A stretch of DNA of 64,000 nt, taken from NCBI GenBank assembly GCA_973895155.1, contig OZ316891.1, positions 21,628,513 to 21,692,512 of the forward strand. Reading direction: 5' to 3'. The notes under the pieces were generated by a model. The model worked only from the letters and a program-made list of their open reading frames with translations. It made no database searches and had not been told where the DNA came from. The first letter of the stretch is position 1. Every line of letters starts with the position of its first letter. Source of the stretch: Marsupella aquatica (lineage: Eukaryota; Plantae; Marchantiophyta). Positions 12,601 through 27,600 of this stretch are shown one piece after another. Made by a program: the position numbers and the translations under genes.

Positions 12601-15049
12601 GACCTTTGAGAGTGATTTTGATAGACCTCTAATTAATGTCAACTTAAAAACTCACTCATGGTCCTATCAAGTAACATTTTTAATTTTTAATTTTTAATTT
12701 TGTGGTCACATCAAGTGAATAAGCTAAAAAATTGGGATCTTTGTTGACTTTTTGAATAATTCCAATTGACTTTTTTGTTGGAAAAACTAAAAATAGAATA
12801 ATAAACGGGAGCCCACCCTACATTACAGGAAGAGGTGATTGGAACGGAAAACATTGCGAGTAACGTGGAACAGGATAAGAAATCCGTCGCAAAGCCTATG
12901 GTTGGAGAGAGTGCCAACCTCCTTTGCGTGTCGAAAAGCATCATATGCTGGGCCAATCTTTGGTCTGACTGTCAATTTGTGCTCGAGTGCACGTAGAAGA
13001 TAGAATGAATTACGACGATAATGGCACTGGACGCCATCATTGGTCTGCTTTCTCGAAAATTAAAGTTGCGAGCTGCAATGGCTGCTCGTTTTGACATGCG
13101 GTGGCCTGCGTCACGAGAGACTCATGGTAGTATTCAGTAGTATGTGGAATCGAATCCATTCTATGCATCCGGACATTTTTCAGACTCTTTGTGATTTATG
13201 TAGTGTTTGTGACTAAAAGCTTCGGAGAACTCCTGCAGCGGAATGTGGCTAGTTATGATCATGGCTTTCTGATCATCCTCGTTATCCACGTTGGCTGCCC
13301 TCACCGGCACTTATCGTCCCCATCGTGGCACCAGCTCGAAAGTCTAAGTTTGGTGGAATACTAACACCGATCAAGGACTTTTGGTAGATCGAGTGGACGT
13401 CATTTACTCCTTCAATGGATTTATCAGGAACAGACTCCTCAACAGAAGCGCCCATTATCAAGACTTCTGTCAAGCTTGTACCTCGTGGTGATGCTTAAAA
13501 TCCCTGCGGGGAACATGAAATCCAACGAAATATCTGTCGAGGTAAAGGACAGGAAACCGAGCGGAACATTTTATCTACTACAGTCCGGCCAGGCTTGAAG
13601 ACTTCACGAGTAAATTCTCGAAGTACTTCAATCTGACTAGACAGCAGACGAAATGAGTCATTCAGTACTCTGACTCTAATCTGAGGGGCCTTGCAACTAT
13701 TCCTTCATCGCGGATACGATAAGCAGTCAAGCACTTGTGTCAATTAGTTCAATCTATAGGCATATTTGGTGCAGTACAGCGTTCCTCGATCACAGTTGTT
13801 TAATCTTTCTTTTCCATAATGTGTTTGGATTCATTTGATAACTGACAGCCTCTTGACACGCGGCCTCCACCTCTACCTGTTTGCTTGTCGATAATACTGT
13901 CCTGGCGCTTGTAGTGGTCAGGCTTCTTGGATTGCATACCGTCGGTAATGTTTCAAGCCCTTGCAGGCTTCCAAGTACAACGTCAATTCCAAGAAAAAGC
14001 CCAAAATTCCGGGAAACACAATAGTCTTGCCACCTTGAATGGCGCCCAGAAAGGCAGGAGTAATACGTTTCTACTTTTGTGTACCTGCTCTCCTTCACGA
14101 CATCGCGCTGTTAGAATCGGCAGCGCAGTCGAGATCTTAGTTCTAGCATCGAAACTCGTGTGGGACAACGATTGCTTTAGCGTTTAGAGATCAAATTTCC
14201 GGTTGTGACATCCTCACTTTATCAGTATCCAAGCAGGCGCGTTCTGTACACCTCTATCCAAGGCAGGAGTAGGACAGAGCTGAACGATACCTGCAGTATT
14301 TCTCTCGCGACGACTGCGCAGCTTGTTTCAAACCACTCACTCTCTCAGATCAGATGAAAAATGGTGTCCGATAGGTTTCGAGCTGGTCCTTTCAATTTGG
14401 AAGTTACCAGCGAAGCAGAGCTGTAAATTTCCAGTGGGCTGGGCGGATTAGAGGACTTCGTAGCAAATTGAGCTACGACAATGTTGTTCACATCACGGTA
14501 TGGACAAGTGCACTTTTGCGGCCGTCGAGATATTGGGAACTATTCCGGAAATTTGAGAAATTTGTCTAAGTATGCAAAACCAACTGCATTCGTCGGAGTT
14601 TGAGAGTTCATGACTTAATCGGCCCTACATCTTTCGTAGCTGAAGAGGGTCCAGCTCATTTCAATGTCACTGAAGAAGCTCACGCACAACCATGCCAGAA
14701 CCTCAAGATCCGGATTAGCGTAGGAGCAGCAGGAATTCAGGGGGGGTTGTCACAGTAGATATGATGAAAGAGATGGGCCTCTTTACTTTGAACAACATTA
14801 TTTCCGTAACAGTTTCTTGTGATTCCCCCCAATGCAGGTCTTTTGACAGCAGCCAGGCTTCTTACTAGAGTAGGGTCTTCACGTTGTGCCTCCATTTCTA
14901 AGAAAATCCATCCTGCAAATGTGAGTGAGTCCTCACACACCCCCACTGGTGACTAGATTCTCTAGCTGCAGCTTTACGTGAGAATTTGCCTTTCTTGGAA
15001 AGGTGCTCTTAATGAAATCTTCGAATTTGAGCTTGACCTTACCACAACG

Positions 15050-17700
15050 CGTCTAGCACGCAGGCAAGGGCACATTTGACGGCATTCCCACGATCAGAAC
15101 AAGATTGACTGCAGGGGAGTACGTGTGTCACCCAGGAAAGATTTCCAGCACAGAAAATGCATAAAAGTGAGTAGCAAGTGCTAAAACAGTCCGACCCTGG
15201 ACACATGTGTCTGATCATTCTTCGTCAATGACGAGATGATCTCAAAGCGCATTCCTAAACGAGTTCAGAGCGCGTTTTCATCCTGGCTCCTAAACTTATT
15301 GTAAAATGTGAAGCAACATTTTTCTCCTCCCAATGATTAGGTAGGCTGTTTTGTCTTAGTGCGTCGATCTCAATGATTGAGCTTGACGGTAGTTTGACCG
15401 GGTCTTCTTCTTCGTGAATGTCACACCAGGAGCGTTGACGGAGAATGGATCCAGTTGTGCTTGGATTGAGTGTCCATATGGCTGACCAGGTGCTGTTGTC
15501 TGAATGCCTGTCATGGTCAATGAAACCTACGTCATCGTCGATGAAATCTTTCTTGAAACGTGTGGGCAAGGTAAGGTTTCTTGATGGATGATTTCAACGA
15601 CAAGGTGTCGGTCCTAGTTCTTGAGATTGATTCAACTGTCACCTCTGAGATTTGTTTAAATGGGATAACCCAGTTTTCCAACCAGAGACTCTCCCTAAAG
15701 AAGGAAATAAATAAAAAAACCGAGCCCCAATACTGTCCAGAAATATGCAGTCCTCGTCGTTTTCAGCTCCAGCAGTTCCCCATAAACTCTTCTATTCGTT
15801 TAAACTACTAGCTGATGGATAGACTACATGGAGAACTTGATGACCATGGCACTGACATTGATTTTCTTTCGTGACAGAAATCCTCAACCGACACATTCAA
15901 ACTCTTTTTCACAAAACTTGGTGAGTGATCGATTGTAATTTGAGTCTTCGTTATCGACATATACTACAGAACCTTCTCTGCGGTTTCTTTTCTATCTGGC
16001 CAGATCTACGTGCTCTGATTAGCCGACAAGAAGCTGATTGAAAGGTTCTGTCGTCAAGTCAACTACCTTGATCGAAATTAGTAAGGTGGTCTGCACTAAG
16101 GTCAATTGTTGCAACTCGAATGAGGCCGTTCAGTTATCTGTGACGACCTAAAACAGAGAGCTTGCAGAGTCGTGTTATTGTACTATTGTGATGCAAGACG
16201 AGATTTTCAGCATTGGATGCTGCGCTTTTGAACTGTAGCTAACAATAGAAACATGAAGAACTACAAATTCTCCTTCTCGGAATCTACCCTTCCTCGGAAT
16301 CTAATTTCCTCGGGTTCGCTCCACTTCTGTCGAAGTACGGCCGTAACTCGAATATGTCCATCAATCCCAACAAAACGAGACAGAAATTCTCTCTACCATC
16401 GAAGTGGTTTGTCTAGTCTACATAGAAGGAAGAACACTTAGAGTAACATAAAAGAACTTTTGGATTTCTCAAACCCATTACATAGAAGGAACAACACTAA
16501 CTGATATAATAGATCTATTGGATTTCTCGTGAAATGAATACCGTGTCGACAGCGTTCACGTGCTTTTCTTTGCTTTTGATGTGCACTTACCAGAAGGTTC
16601 TAGTCGTCCCGGAAGTACTGGAAGCATTTCACAATCCAGTTTAAGGTCGAGATTTAAGCAAATGTTTCCGTACAGTACGTCCACGAGGCCCACTGGGAAT
16701 GGGAATAAACTGATTACTTTCGAAGAGATCTCGGGGACTGAATCTAAAAGTTTACCTGTACTTCTTCATGACTGTGTCCCCTCAGTCTTACGGTCTCACA
16801 AATGACTGTTGGGCTACAAAAGATACTTGGAGGAAGTACGACCAACACCATGATATCCTGGCACCAATTTGGATTGATTGCAGCAAGTACAAGCTGAGAG
16901 GGATTCTGGACAAGCGCTTCCTCTCTGCTAATGTAGTTGCCCATGCAGCCGAATTGACCTAAATTCCAGAATTACGGATTCAATGGTTGAAAACGCAGAT
17001 CCATCCACAGACCATCTCATGGATTGAAACTGAAAGTAGAAAACTGAAACAAATTTGTCGCACTATTGATGTATGAATTCAAATGTAGAATTAAACAAAA
17101 TGGCTAGAGCACAAACAATCTATCGCTCAAACGAATGATGACTCGTCCTACAGAATGAAAAACTCAAACACACAAATTATGCGTCACTGAATCGATCCTT
17201 GAGCTCAAATGAAGATCGGGAATTGCACTCAGTTACACGAAAAATCTACTTCCGGTTCCTGCCATGGAATTTTCGACTTGAGTCACTCACCCGGGAGTTA
17301 CAAAATGGTTGTTGCCAACAAGCTGGCGTTAGCCAATGAGAATGGAGGTTACAGATCAACTACCAACACATCCAGATTCTATCTCTGGATGTTTACATCG
17401 GCCAAAATCTAAAAATTATGCTTGTTTTGTTCTTGTCTCCGAATCTTCGTAGCATTAGGTTGGCTCGGACCTCTCTACTGGGCAGCTGACGAACGGTAGT
17501 CCGATTGATCATGTTGACATATTCTGTAGAAGATGTTGCTCTGTATGCGGACGGGTTTCTTCCTGAAACAGCTGCCGCTTCTTCAGATAATATGTACAGA
17601 ATTGTACATGGCTTGGTTCCATAAAGGCCGTCTTGCTCAAAGAATGTATGATCCAGGGACGAGTCATCGTCACTAGGAAGCAGCTTGACCAGAGAAAATC
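15050..17700 (-). pseudogene. Possible highly decayed L1-type LINE ORF2 (RT) relic; boundaries approximate
   Basis: Minus-strand remnants in RT order and spacing: KKPVRIQSNIFY (~17550, cf. KSPGxDGxxxEFY), CGWICVF (~17000), RLSRIPLSLYL (~16900, cf. RQGCPLSPYL); many stops and frameshifts. Confidence 0.35.
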
Positions 17701-18710
17701 ACGGAGAACTGAACTAAAGATGTATCATCTGCCCCCTGCGGTTACTGCCTGACTGACTCCTCGGTCAAGGACTACGTACACGTACTGGGACTGTGGGAAA
17801 GATTACCGATCGATTATCACATAAGTTACTTTTGGATTTGAATCTCGTGCAGTGATCAATCCGATAGATGCACAAATTTTGGCTTGTAGACAGATCACGC
17901 CACACCAGTTGACTTTGAAATTCTGTGGATGAAACATTGGTCTGCACTCTGCTACCACAAATGGTGATACAATCGTTTCCCAATGACCCGTAGTCTCAAA
18001 ATCTTCTCCTCGTCGGCTTGCTCAAATGTGGTTAGTATACCACCTAGAGAATATCAATGATAATCTGCTGTAGATGTCGTTGCCGCGAAATTTCCGCTTG
18101 AAGATTCATTTGAATCGGAAGCTAAAAAGTTCGGGAGGCCCGCAGGACCAGCGAGCGCCGCGCCCAATGTGACGAATAATCGAGATCACAGGAGACTTGG
18201 CTGAAATCGAAGAATCCTTTCTGCTTCTCAGAAGTTCGTCTCACAGTTAGTTCGGGTGAAATAAGCAGATAGTCAACTGCTAATCGGGGCTATGCCTGAC
18301 AGTGTGTGCTGCTCAACTGAAGGAGAGGCGACCAGACCATACTGCATGCCAAACGCGATCTGGTAGGGATTTTCCCCTGTCCCGCTGTTGTATGCAGCTA
18401 GCCTTACATCAATGCCTTACTAAGGCGTCGAAAGCCTCCAGTAAGAGCGCTCTCTCATCTATAGAACCGCTTCGAATTGATTATAGAAATTGTGTAGGGG
18501 AGCCAAGGACCGATCCGTTGGTTGACCTGAACCAGTAGTCCAGACACAAGTCCTCCACATGTCTGGTAAAATCGTGTCAAAATGAACATTTATCGCGCAA
18601 AGTCCGCCGGTGACCGCAAGCGCGCCGAGATAGACATGAATGGATGTTTATATCAAACAGAGAAGCGATCCACTTTCGCAGCGACTGGTTAGTGGCATCG
18701 GAGCTCGAGT

Positions 18711-20722
18711 CTAGAGATGCAGGGAGGTGTCGAGGAGGTCCTGCTGTCTCAAGTAGTTGTCATTGGAGCATTCTCTACCGCTGTTGTTGTACCATTTCAC
18801 ATCTGACTGCTTAGAACGGCACGTTGGAGATGATTCAAATGACAAATCGATCTCCCATGATCCATCTGCGGAGTAGTTTTCTGCATTTGGTGGGACAACT
18901 GGCGTGTTCAAGCTCAAACTTTTTCCCCATGCCCCCTGCTGCTTCGACTTGGGCGAAGAAAACTTAGCTGCGAGGTTGAAAGGGAACCTGGCCACGACCT
19001 GCTGAATGGAAGACGCCAATTTGGTCTCTACCCCCACATTGTGCATCTCAGCTGCAGCAGCAGCCTTTTTCGCCTTCAGAATTTCCATTCGCTCGGCTGC
19101 CAGCAGCATTTCCAAGGAGACTTCTTCAGTAGTCGTGCTTCCAGATCCAGCTGCGAGAAGCGTTTCCAGAGAAACTTCAGTATTCGTCGTCCTGCTTCCA
19201 GACGCAGCTGCGCTTCCCATAGCTGCTGGTCTATCTCTGAGACTCATATTCTTGAATGCAGTCAATGTGCTGTGTGGCGGCCGGCCCACGGTTGGCGGCT
19301 GTAGCATATAATGGAGCAAGGCGTTAGCCGCTTCATCACCTTGAGGTGACATGCTTTCAGAAACGTCCGGGCTTTCACGAGCAGACCAGCTGGACTCGGA
19401 TTGCGAGCGCAGTGGACTCATATAAGGTCCCGTCAACTCGGACTGTGAGTGCAGTGGACTCCTATAAGTCCCCATCGACTCCTGAGAGTTTAATGGACTC
19501 CTGTGGATCCCCACCGCATCCTGTGAACTCAACAAGTCTTCCCCAGACATTCCGGAATTGGCTGTCTTCAACCGACAAGAGTTCGACATCATCTCTTGCT
19601 GTAACGCAAGCAGTGCTGCCGTTCCTTCGTCAAAATAGTATGACTCTTCAAATCCCACGCGCGGGCTGGATGGAGTGGACGAAGCTGGAGTGTTATGAGC
19701 GGAGGAGTGTCCACTGCGGAAGTTATGGTTGGGGTAAACTTGAATTTGTTGACCCTGGATGGATTCCCTGTACTTCTTCAATTGAGCGAACTTGTTCTGA
19801 AGGAGAACGATGGTTGAAGCCTCGGCGGGTCGGTCCTCGACCCGGGCGAATGTCTGATTGCTGGATAACGGCGACGACCTCATACACGGCTTCCGCACTG
19901 TGTTGTGATCCTCTTGCTGCTGCTGTTGCTCACTTCTACAGTGATGTATGTCTTTCAGCTTCTCCAGCACTTCCGCAAACTTCTTTTGATCCACTCCTGC
20001 CAATTCCGCGCATTTCAGTTGTTGCAACGTTAGATAGCGGTCTACGTCTGATATAGCTGTCTACGTCTGATATAGCTCAAGCCTTCTTCCAAAACTACCG
20101 TTCTAAGTTCATTAAATTCAGTCTAAGCTGTCATTTGCCTTTCAGATTACTAGAGCAGGCCATTTGATCAATCCTAGAACCAGCACGCAAGAATGCTAAA
20201 AGGCAACTGGTGGAAAAGACTTACGACTCTTAATTGGCATTAAATGATACTAACTTTCAGCATTTAAAAAGAGTTCACGAAAAATTACACATCGTGTATA
20301 CTTTGAATGGTTAACAGGATAAATGCATTAAAGCGGATGTGACCACCGAACTTACGAGTTGCCTTCATCAGTAGGAGCTGGGCCTGCAGTGTTTCCATGT
20401 GGTGACTGCGATGCACCGGCTTAGCGCATTTGATACCATTGAACGACTGACTCCGAGCGACACTCGGTTTCTGGATTCTGCCGTTGATCAAGGATTGGCT
20501 TCGAACATAAGATGACCGCCTCCCTGGACTGCCATTGAACGCCAACGGAGTGGTTGGACTGGCGGTGGGACTGCAATCTTCAAATTCTCCAGATGTGTCC
20601 TGATCCACGCCTGCTACATTCACAATTAGGCGAGCAGAGTCAAGAAATCACCTTTAGAAAATCTCATACGCTCGCTAATACTTACTAGGCGAGGTCCACG
20701 ACGCTATGGACACGCACGGCAT
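18711..20722 (-). CDS. 3-exon gene (20722-20686, 20610-20356, 19996-18711), ~525 aa, Ser/Gln-rich protein of unknown family with a C-terminal EAR-like motif
   Basis: Both introns are GT-AG with gtaagt donors and ctaa branch-like sites; phases join (37+255+1286 = 1578 nt) into one ORF MPCVSIASWTSPSVDQ...MKATRVDQKK...QQDLLDTSLHL*. Confidence 0.8.
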
Positions 20723-21819
20723 TTGCGACTCGAAGGGACAACGACCGACGGAAATTAAGACTCGAACAAACAAACGAGGTACGGGAAGTGATGGTAACAG
20801 GCAACAAATAACGAGCAACAGAGCATAGACTGTTCACCTCGAGACGCATCCTTTCGATCCCGATCTGGATTCTTGCAGTTAGCCATGTGACACAACGAAC
20901 TCCTTCACACCAGCCAGTCTGAATCCAATCAAGAGAGAAAACGATGGCTGAGCTCGTTTCAGACTATCCGTTGCACTTGGCGCTTGACACCGCACACACG
21001 AAGAGTGACTCAGGAAACACAGCAATCCCTCATAGGAAATATTCCCGGGTGAAGTGAAGGCTCTCCCTAACAAAAGTGTTGTCCGTCCGTCCTCACGGCC
21101 CTGTCCGCATGGAGAAATCGCACGGGACGGGGAAGAAACCGGGCGAGGTCCTCAAATTTTTTCAGTTGCTAATTAGTCCATGACCACCGGGAGTCCCGAT
21201 TGCCGCACAAACGTTCGAGTGATCTGCAGTCGCCATCATTGCAGAAATTTTAGTACGCCAAATTGACAGACCAACGTGCTCGGAAAGCCCGTCCGTGGAC
21301 AGACAGAGTGTTAGTAACGCTAAGATTTCTGTGCTACTGAGCTTTGCCAAAATGCTCAGTAGGGGCGAACAAATCCCAGACACAGTGCGAGACGAGCTAA
21401 AATTTCTTTGAGCGACTGGGGAAAATGCTTCGACCTACCTTTGCTGCGAACGGCTTGAGCGAGACAGAGTGCAATTTAATCGACCTAAGACGGTTGCTGC
21501 GCTGAGCTTTCACAAAGATCGTCGACACGCTACTGTCGTCGCGAACGAATTAACGAATCAAAGAGCCACTCTCGAGGACAAATTCTTCGACGTGCTTCTG
21601 TCTTTGCGAGAAAATTGACGAATCAATGAGCGCTCCCGACGACGGAGTGAGAGAAGAAGAGAGCTCACGACGAGAGGCACCGCTCCTGCACCAACACCGC
21701 AGTGAGCGAGAGGTAACGCGACTACTGCTCCCGCCGGCCTCCGGAGGCTTCTTTTGGCCTCTCTTTTGTGGCCGGACCTCTCGTGCTCGGCCTCTCGGGC
21801 CTGCCCGCCGGCCTCCGCT

Positions 21820-22275
21820 CCGATGGTCCACTGTTTCTCCGGACAAAGAACCCTGAACTCTGGATAGGCCACATTATTTGAAGCAGAGCTCCGCTTTAGC
21901 CCGAATGGACCGTTCTCAAACGTTGTGTGGAATTGAGATTGTTTATTTATTCGTAAAGGCGATCCGATGGTTTACTGTTTCTCTGGACAAAGAACCCGGG
22001 GTAGGCCATAACATCTGACGTGGACCGGTTTAGCCTGGATGGACCTTTCTCAAACGTTGTGTGGGATTGAGATTTCAATGTCTAAAGCTGCTGTGTCTAC
22101 AGTGGCATGTTCTAAATTTGTGGTTCATTTCAGCATCAGCTTTGTTTTTTGCTGTACTAGACCCAAAATCTTGGGACCCTGGATAGACCTTCACATTTGA
22201 TGAAAAGCTTGGGTGTACCACTTCAACCATGCTGGACCGTTGTCAAATGTTGTCTTGAACTGAACTGAACCGAGA
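21820..22275. repeat. Degenerate tandem repeat, ~3 copies
   Basis: gatgg...actgtttctc.ggacaaagaaccc and ggacc.ttctcaaacgttgtgtgg.attgagat blocks recur. Confidence 0.8.
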
Positions 22276-22903
22276 TAGTTTGTTTATTGTATACAGAGTC
22301 ACCGTTTGACAGTCTACACGCTTTGTGTATCATTGGAGCATCAACTTTGGTGCTTTGATGGTAGACCCTAAATCTTGGTAGTGGCTATAAAGAAAAAGCC
22401 CCCAGTTCTGCAAATTCATAAAAAGAGAAATAAATTTAGTGATTGGAAGGAGCCTGATGCAAAGAATAACGAGAGGTTGTGAATTCATCAATTAGATTAC
22501 GCATTGAGGACAATATCGTTGTTGTTCGGAGTATAGAACGAAAAGACAAAGTCTCCATGCCAGGTTTACAATTGTATTGACTTGAGATCCCACGCTAAAC
22601 GATGCAAATCAGTACAAGTGTGAAGGGGTTGCAGACCAAACGTTGCGAAATGGTACATCCAAATAAAATGGGCAGCAAACCAATCAGAGAGGGAATCTAT
22701 TTTTATTTTTTTCAGGGCCGTAGTGTAATGGATATTTTTGCCTGGGCAGCCCTTGCTGAGCTTGGGAACCTTGTCCTGCTATCAATGAAAGCTTTTTACT
22801 AACTTACTTTGACCAGGCAATAGAATCTATTTGGCACTTGATGTGGACACCCAATGTTTTTTCTAGATCCTCCTAGCTAGCTAATGAAAATGTTAAACTC
22901 CTG

Positions 22904-23587
22904 CACTGTTCACCCGTGATTAGTGTTATGCCAGAATTAGTGTTATGTCCAAATTAGTGTTATTCATACTAATTTATGTGAACTTGATCCCAAAGCAAAA
23001 GTAACACTAATTGATGTTGGTTTTTAAAATGTTTTTTTTAAAGTTTTGTGTAAATGTTTTTTCAACATATTACTGTAGAGCATCTGGAGGTGAAAGCTCT
23101 GTAGTCGTGGAGGGCGGGGTGGAGGGCTAGAGTATCTACTAGGGATTTGAGGGCTCCGCAACATTTACTCCTGCACGCAATCGTTTTGGAGGCTTTATTT
23201 CACATCCAACAGTAGAGCAATTGGAGGTGCAGAGAGCTCTATAGTTGTGGAGGCTAAAGCACCTATTAGGGATCTTTTTCTGTCAGCTCACATTGAATTA
23301 TGCTCACATTGTGCTCATCAATCACTGTTAGTGTGAATGAGAGTGAATACCCTGACAAAGAGCCTGTGATGAGAGTCCTGGTTGCCAAGAACACTTGAAG
23401 TCCTATCATTGTGGCGCCGCGCGATACGAGTCAAAAAGTCACGTAAATGAGTGTTATGTAACACTAATTGGCGCGCGCAGAATTAGCGTTTGCTCGAAAT
23501 TAGTGTGACTAACACTAATTCACGAGTAGACCCCAAAAATGGGAGTTCTCAAATTACTGTTACTCACACTTATTATGGTGAACAGTG
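22904..23587. mobile_element. MITE with 11-bp TIRs CACTGTTCACC/GGTGAACAGTG and subterminal AATTAGTGT repeats
   Basis: Perfect TIRs; flanks TG/TA (possibly a decayed TA TSD); aattagtgtt/aacactaatt motifs near both ends. Confidence 0.7.
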
Positions 23588-24528
23588 TAGTAATGGAGCT
23601 TTCTTAACGTAATGCAATCTAACAACAGAAATTCTTAAAGTTTGAGCAATTATTTGTTGCCAGTTATCCTAAGATAAATTTCATTTATCTATTTCTGCCT
23701 GAACTAGATAAATTGTACATTTGTTCACCTACTATAACCACTTAGGCTTGGCCACCGGCCTATAATTATATACTTGCAATCAAAAGCTATTCTCAAGGCC
23801 TAGCGTCCAAACGGCCCAACTTGCATGTATGCAGACCAGAAGCATTCTCGGAAGTATTTGGTCCTAAGCACTTACACCATTTTCAGGGAAAAATAGATTG
23901 TGTTCCTCCAATGTGTGATGACTGCCTTTGCCAATGGCCCTGGGGAATCACTTGTTGGATTACTAGAACCGGGTGCAAACAAATGGAGGTTAATTTTAAT
24001 CTTGTTGGAATATATTCAAAAACTTATACTAAAGAAATTTCAGAATCCAATTTTGGCAAAAAATTTATTTTAGTCAACAAGGTGTTTGAAAATTTATCAA
24101 GGTCCTATAATAAAGGGTACAATGGAGTTTTTAAATAATTTTTATGTTTATTTATTTTTTCAGATTTTATTGGTTTGCTCTCCCTTGTTTTGGGGGTTTT
24201 ACACTAGGGGATTCCCTAGGGGTCCATGGACTCCCTCATCTGCAGGACATTTTGTTTTACCAGACATGCAAAGGGCAGGAAACTGTCCTGCCTTGCACTT
24301 GGTTATGCAGGTTGTATGGCATAAGCCCTGCCGGAAGTTGAGGTATCTCCACAGTATTCTCAATCAATCCTTCGATGCCATGTTTGAAGTAGAGGGCTGC
24401 TTCACATGCCAAGGGCCGCTTACACGGGAGTTGGGCCTAAAGTGAAACACCTAGACCATGACTTGGGGCATAATTGAAGGGGAGGGTATGGGGAGAAAGC
24501 AGGGATTGCAAATAAATTCATTGGAAAA

Positions 24529-24656
24529 CATATGAACTTGTGAATAGTAGAAAGTTTGTTTTTAGTCTCTACTTCTATTTATGTTCAAAGACCATATGAA
24601 CGTGTGAATAGTAGAAAGTTTGTTTTTAGTCTCTACTTCTATTTATGTTCAAAGAC
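24529..24656. repeat. 63-bp tandem duplication
   Basis: catatgaac.tgtgaatagtagaaag...gttcaaagac twice. Confidence 0.9.
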
Positions 24657-27600
24657 AGGGCACTTATACCACCACTATTAATCAATAAATCAAACTCTGT
24701 GTTGGGAGGAGCAAGCGAGGTACCAAAACAGGAGCCTTTTCCTTGCCAAAAACAAAACCTGCCCGTACATAGCAATATGTGCAGTTCACTGGGAGCTGTT
24801 TTTACGATGCATGAGTATTCTGTTGATCTTCTGAATCCCCTGTTTTTGGCCAGAATTGGTCGGGGGCCTTTATTTTTAGACGATATAGTAACTCAATGAT
24901 TATGAAGCGACATCTACTGTAAGTGAAGTATATGTTGAGAGCAAATCTTAATTCACATGGTTTTCTACTACGTGCGAAATTCATATTTTGTCCTTTCTTC
25001 TTACGTGGATTATTTTTAATTAAGGATTTCCGTTCTAAAATTATATCTTATAAATCTTCTGATTTCTTCATTATGTTCCTAATGATGTCCTTTGTTACCA
25101 ATTTCTTTTTTGCCCACCCTTCACCGCTATTAGTCTTATACTCCATTCAAGTGTTACACATCACTAAAATTAGTCAGTATAATTTGAGTGACCAAGTCCT
25201 TTGTGACAAGAATATTTGTTTTGTAGTTGTGTATCTTTCCTACCATGATTAGTAACTACTGTGTGGTTTTATTCTCATTTTCCTGAAAGCCAGAAACAGT
25301 CCCATGCAAAATTGATGAGCTATTCACCCAAGGATAAGGGAATTTTGGTTTTGCAAACTGGTTTGGTCGGTCATTGCAAAGTTCTATTGGATTCTTAATA
25401 AAGATACACGTTCTGAATTTGACTTTTTAGTATTGAATATGTGGTTTCATAGGCCCAACTTGCATGTTCCCAGCCCTTCACAATGCAGTTGCCCCAAATG
25501 TCTCCCAGGCATGCAAGCATATCACTGAACCAGATGTATCCAGTTGAACATCCTGATGTACCAAGCCTGACGGCACCATCCATGCATTTTTTAAGGCAAG
25601 GTCTAGGAAGCTTTTTCCCAAAGGTACTAAGAGTGCAAATTAAGGGCCGCATGCTTGAATGAGGGGTCTCACATGCGAGTTGGCCCTAAAAGTTAAACAA
25701 CCTGGCCACCATAAATAATAGTGAGAAACATAGTGAATACATTGTTCTTGATTGCATATGTAAAACAATATTAGCCAATCGCTATATAACAGGCAGGTAC
25801 ATACTAGTATCACTCCAAAATTAACCTCTGAAAGATTAGGCTGTATCCTGGAATGTCAAAATTGCATAGAGTCACCCAAATAGCATTAGTAAGACTAAGG
25901 GTTGTCTTGCATGTGCACACTAGAAGAAACCGGCCCATTTTGAGACCTGAAGATGTGTGACTTGGCCAAGACCTTCATGAAATAGCGACTCCAAGGTTGT
26001 TGGTGTCATGTTAGTCACACCTTCTTGACTGAGTTTTGGTGAAGTTTTGCCAAGTCATGTTTACAACTTTTAGGTAAGTTGCAACTATAACTTAGTTAAG
26101 GCAATTAGGGTGAAGTTATACAAGTGACTCTACATTAGAGTACAACTTATGAGACCACTACATTTGAACCCTTAAACCTTAAAGTATGGGATCCGCGACC
26201 ATATACATATGATTTTGGATACACCATATGTCATTCCACATCAATTTAATAATAGTTTAGTCATACCATTCTAAACCATAATTACTCCTGACCCCATTTA
26301 GACACAATGAAGCCTCAGCCCCGTTCAAACCGAGAGCAGGCCGGCTTTGTCAAACCTTACTATTAACCTAACTTAATGCTTTTTGTAGTCAATCTCTAAT
26401 TTTCTCCATCTTTACCACTTGTCCTACCCTCTATACCAGCCATAGAACATTGGATGTCCAACTACTATATTTTTGCATGCTATATATATATATGCATATG
26501 AAGAAGGCTTGATCTTAGATAGCATTAGTTTTCTTTTAGGCTCATCATTTGTGCTCTTAATTAATGAACATGCAACAAGGCTATTGTAAGGTTAATCCTA
26601 GCCCTGTCCGTTCATTTAATCTTTGCTCATATTGTGTTGTGTCAAATTTGCTTTAGGGTTTACAGCTCATGTCAACGCAAAGTGGTCGAGTGTCACTGGG
26701 TTCAGTTCTCTCACTAAGTGTTAAGGTATGCATTGTGCGTTGCCTTTGGATACGAGTTTAGGGTGCGCGGGTTTTTCAACAGGAAACACACCAGCAGAGT
26801 GCAAATGGGAGTTGAAGGTGCGCGGGAACTCGGAGGTTTTTGTCAAGGAAAAACTTGGATGTCCATTGTGCTTACCAACAACCATCGTTTAGGGCGAGGA
26901 GCTTTACGGACTTCACTCCCGCTTGTCGTGCTTGAGTGTACATCTGCTCTCTATACTTTTGGGAGCTTTGGACTAGAGCAGATGATCGGAAGCCTCGGAC
27001 GAGAGACACAGACTCCAATATCCAGCTCGTAGATCAATCCGTGATTGATTTTGTCAGGTGTGCGACCTTCAAGCTCTTCTCCATTGTGCGCTTCCAGTTG
27101 AATGCTGCAAGGTCTGAATACTATCGGGAGCTTGCATTTGGGCCAAGGTTTAGGTATTTTGTCATTGGAGGACTGAGCTGTGGGTTTAGGCCGACTTACT
27201 ATGAGCTTATGTTGTTGCAACTGTGACCAATAACTGAGGAGCTGCGACCAGGAGCTTATTTTGTTGCAGCACTGCCGTGGACAAGGGGTTGTGGAGGATC
27301 GGGGAGCTGCGACGTAGAACTGAGGAGCTGCGAAAAAGTGGGGAGTGATCTTGAAGGCCAACTATCTAGCGTGAGGTGGATCATAGTGGTTGCAATAGCG
27401 ATCGGGCCCTTTTTTGCATTGGCATTGCCAGTAAGACAATCTGTGGATGCGCGAAAGAGTCGCAAGGAGTTGTTCTTGTGGGCAGAGATTGGAGTTCACA
27501 TTTGGTAAGTCCACCTCAATAATGACATACATTGTAGGTGGAGGCAATGTTATGGCCTCTTGTTGTCTTTAAACTCATTCTCCACTCACAAGAGAATGAG

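Noticed and set aside
19006-20056. Plus-strand ORFs of 101-236 aa
   Set aside because: Antisense shadows of the minus-strand exon 3.
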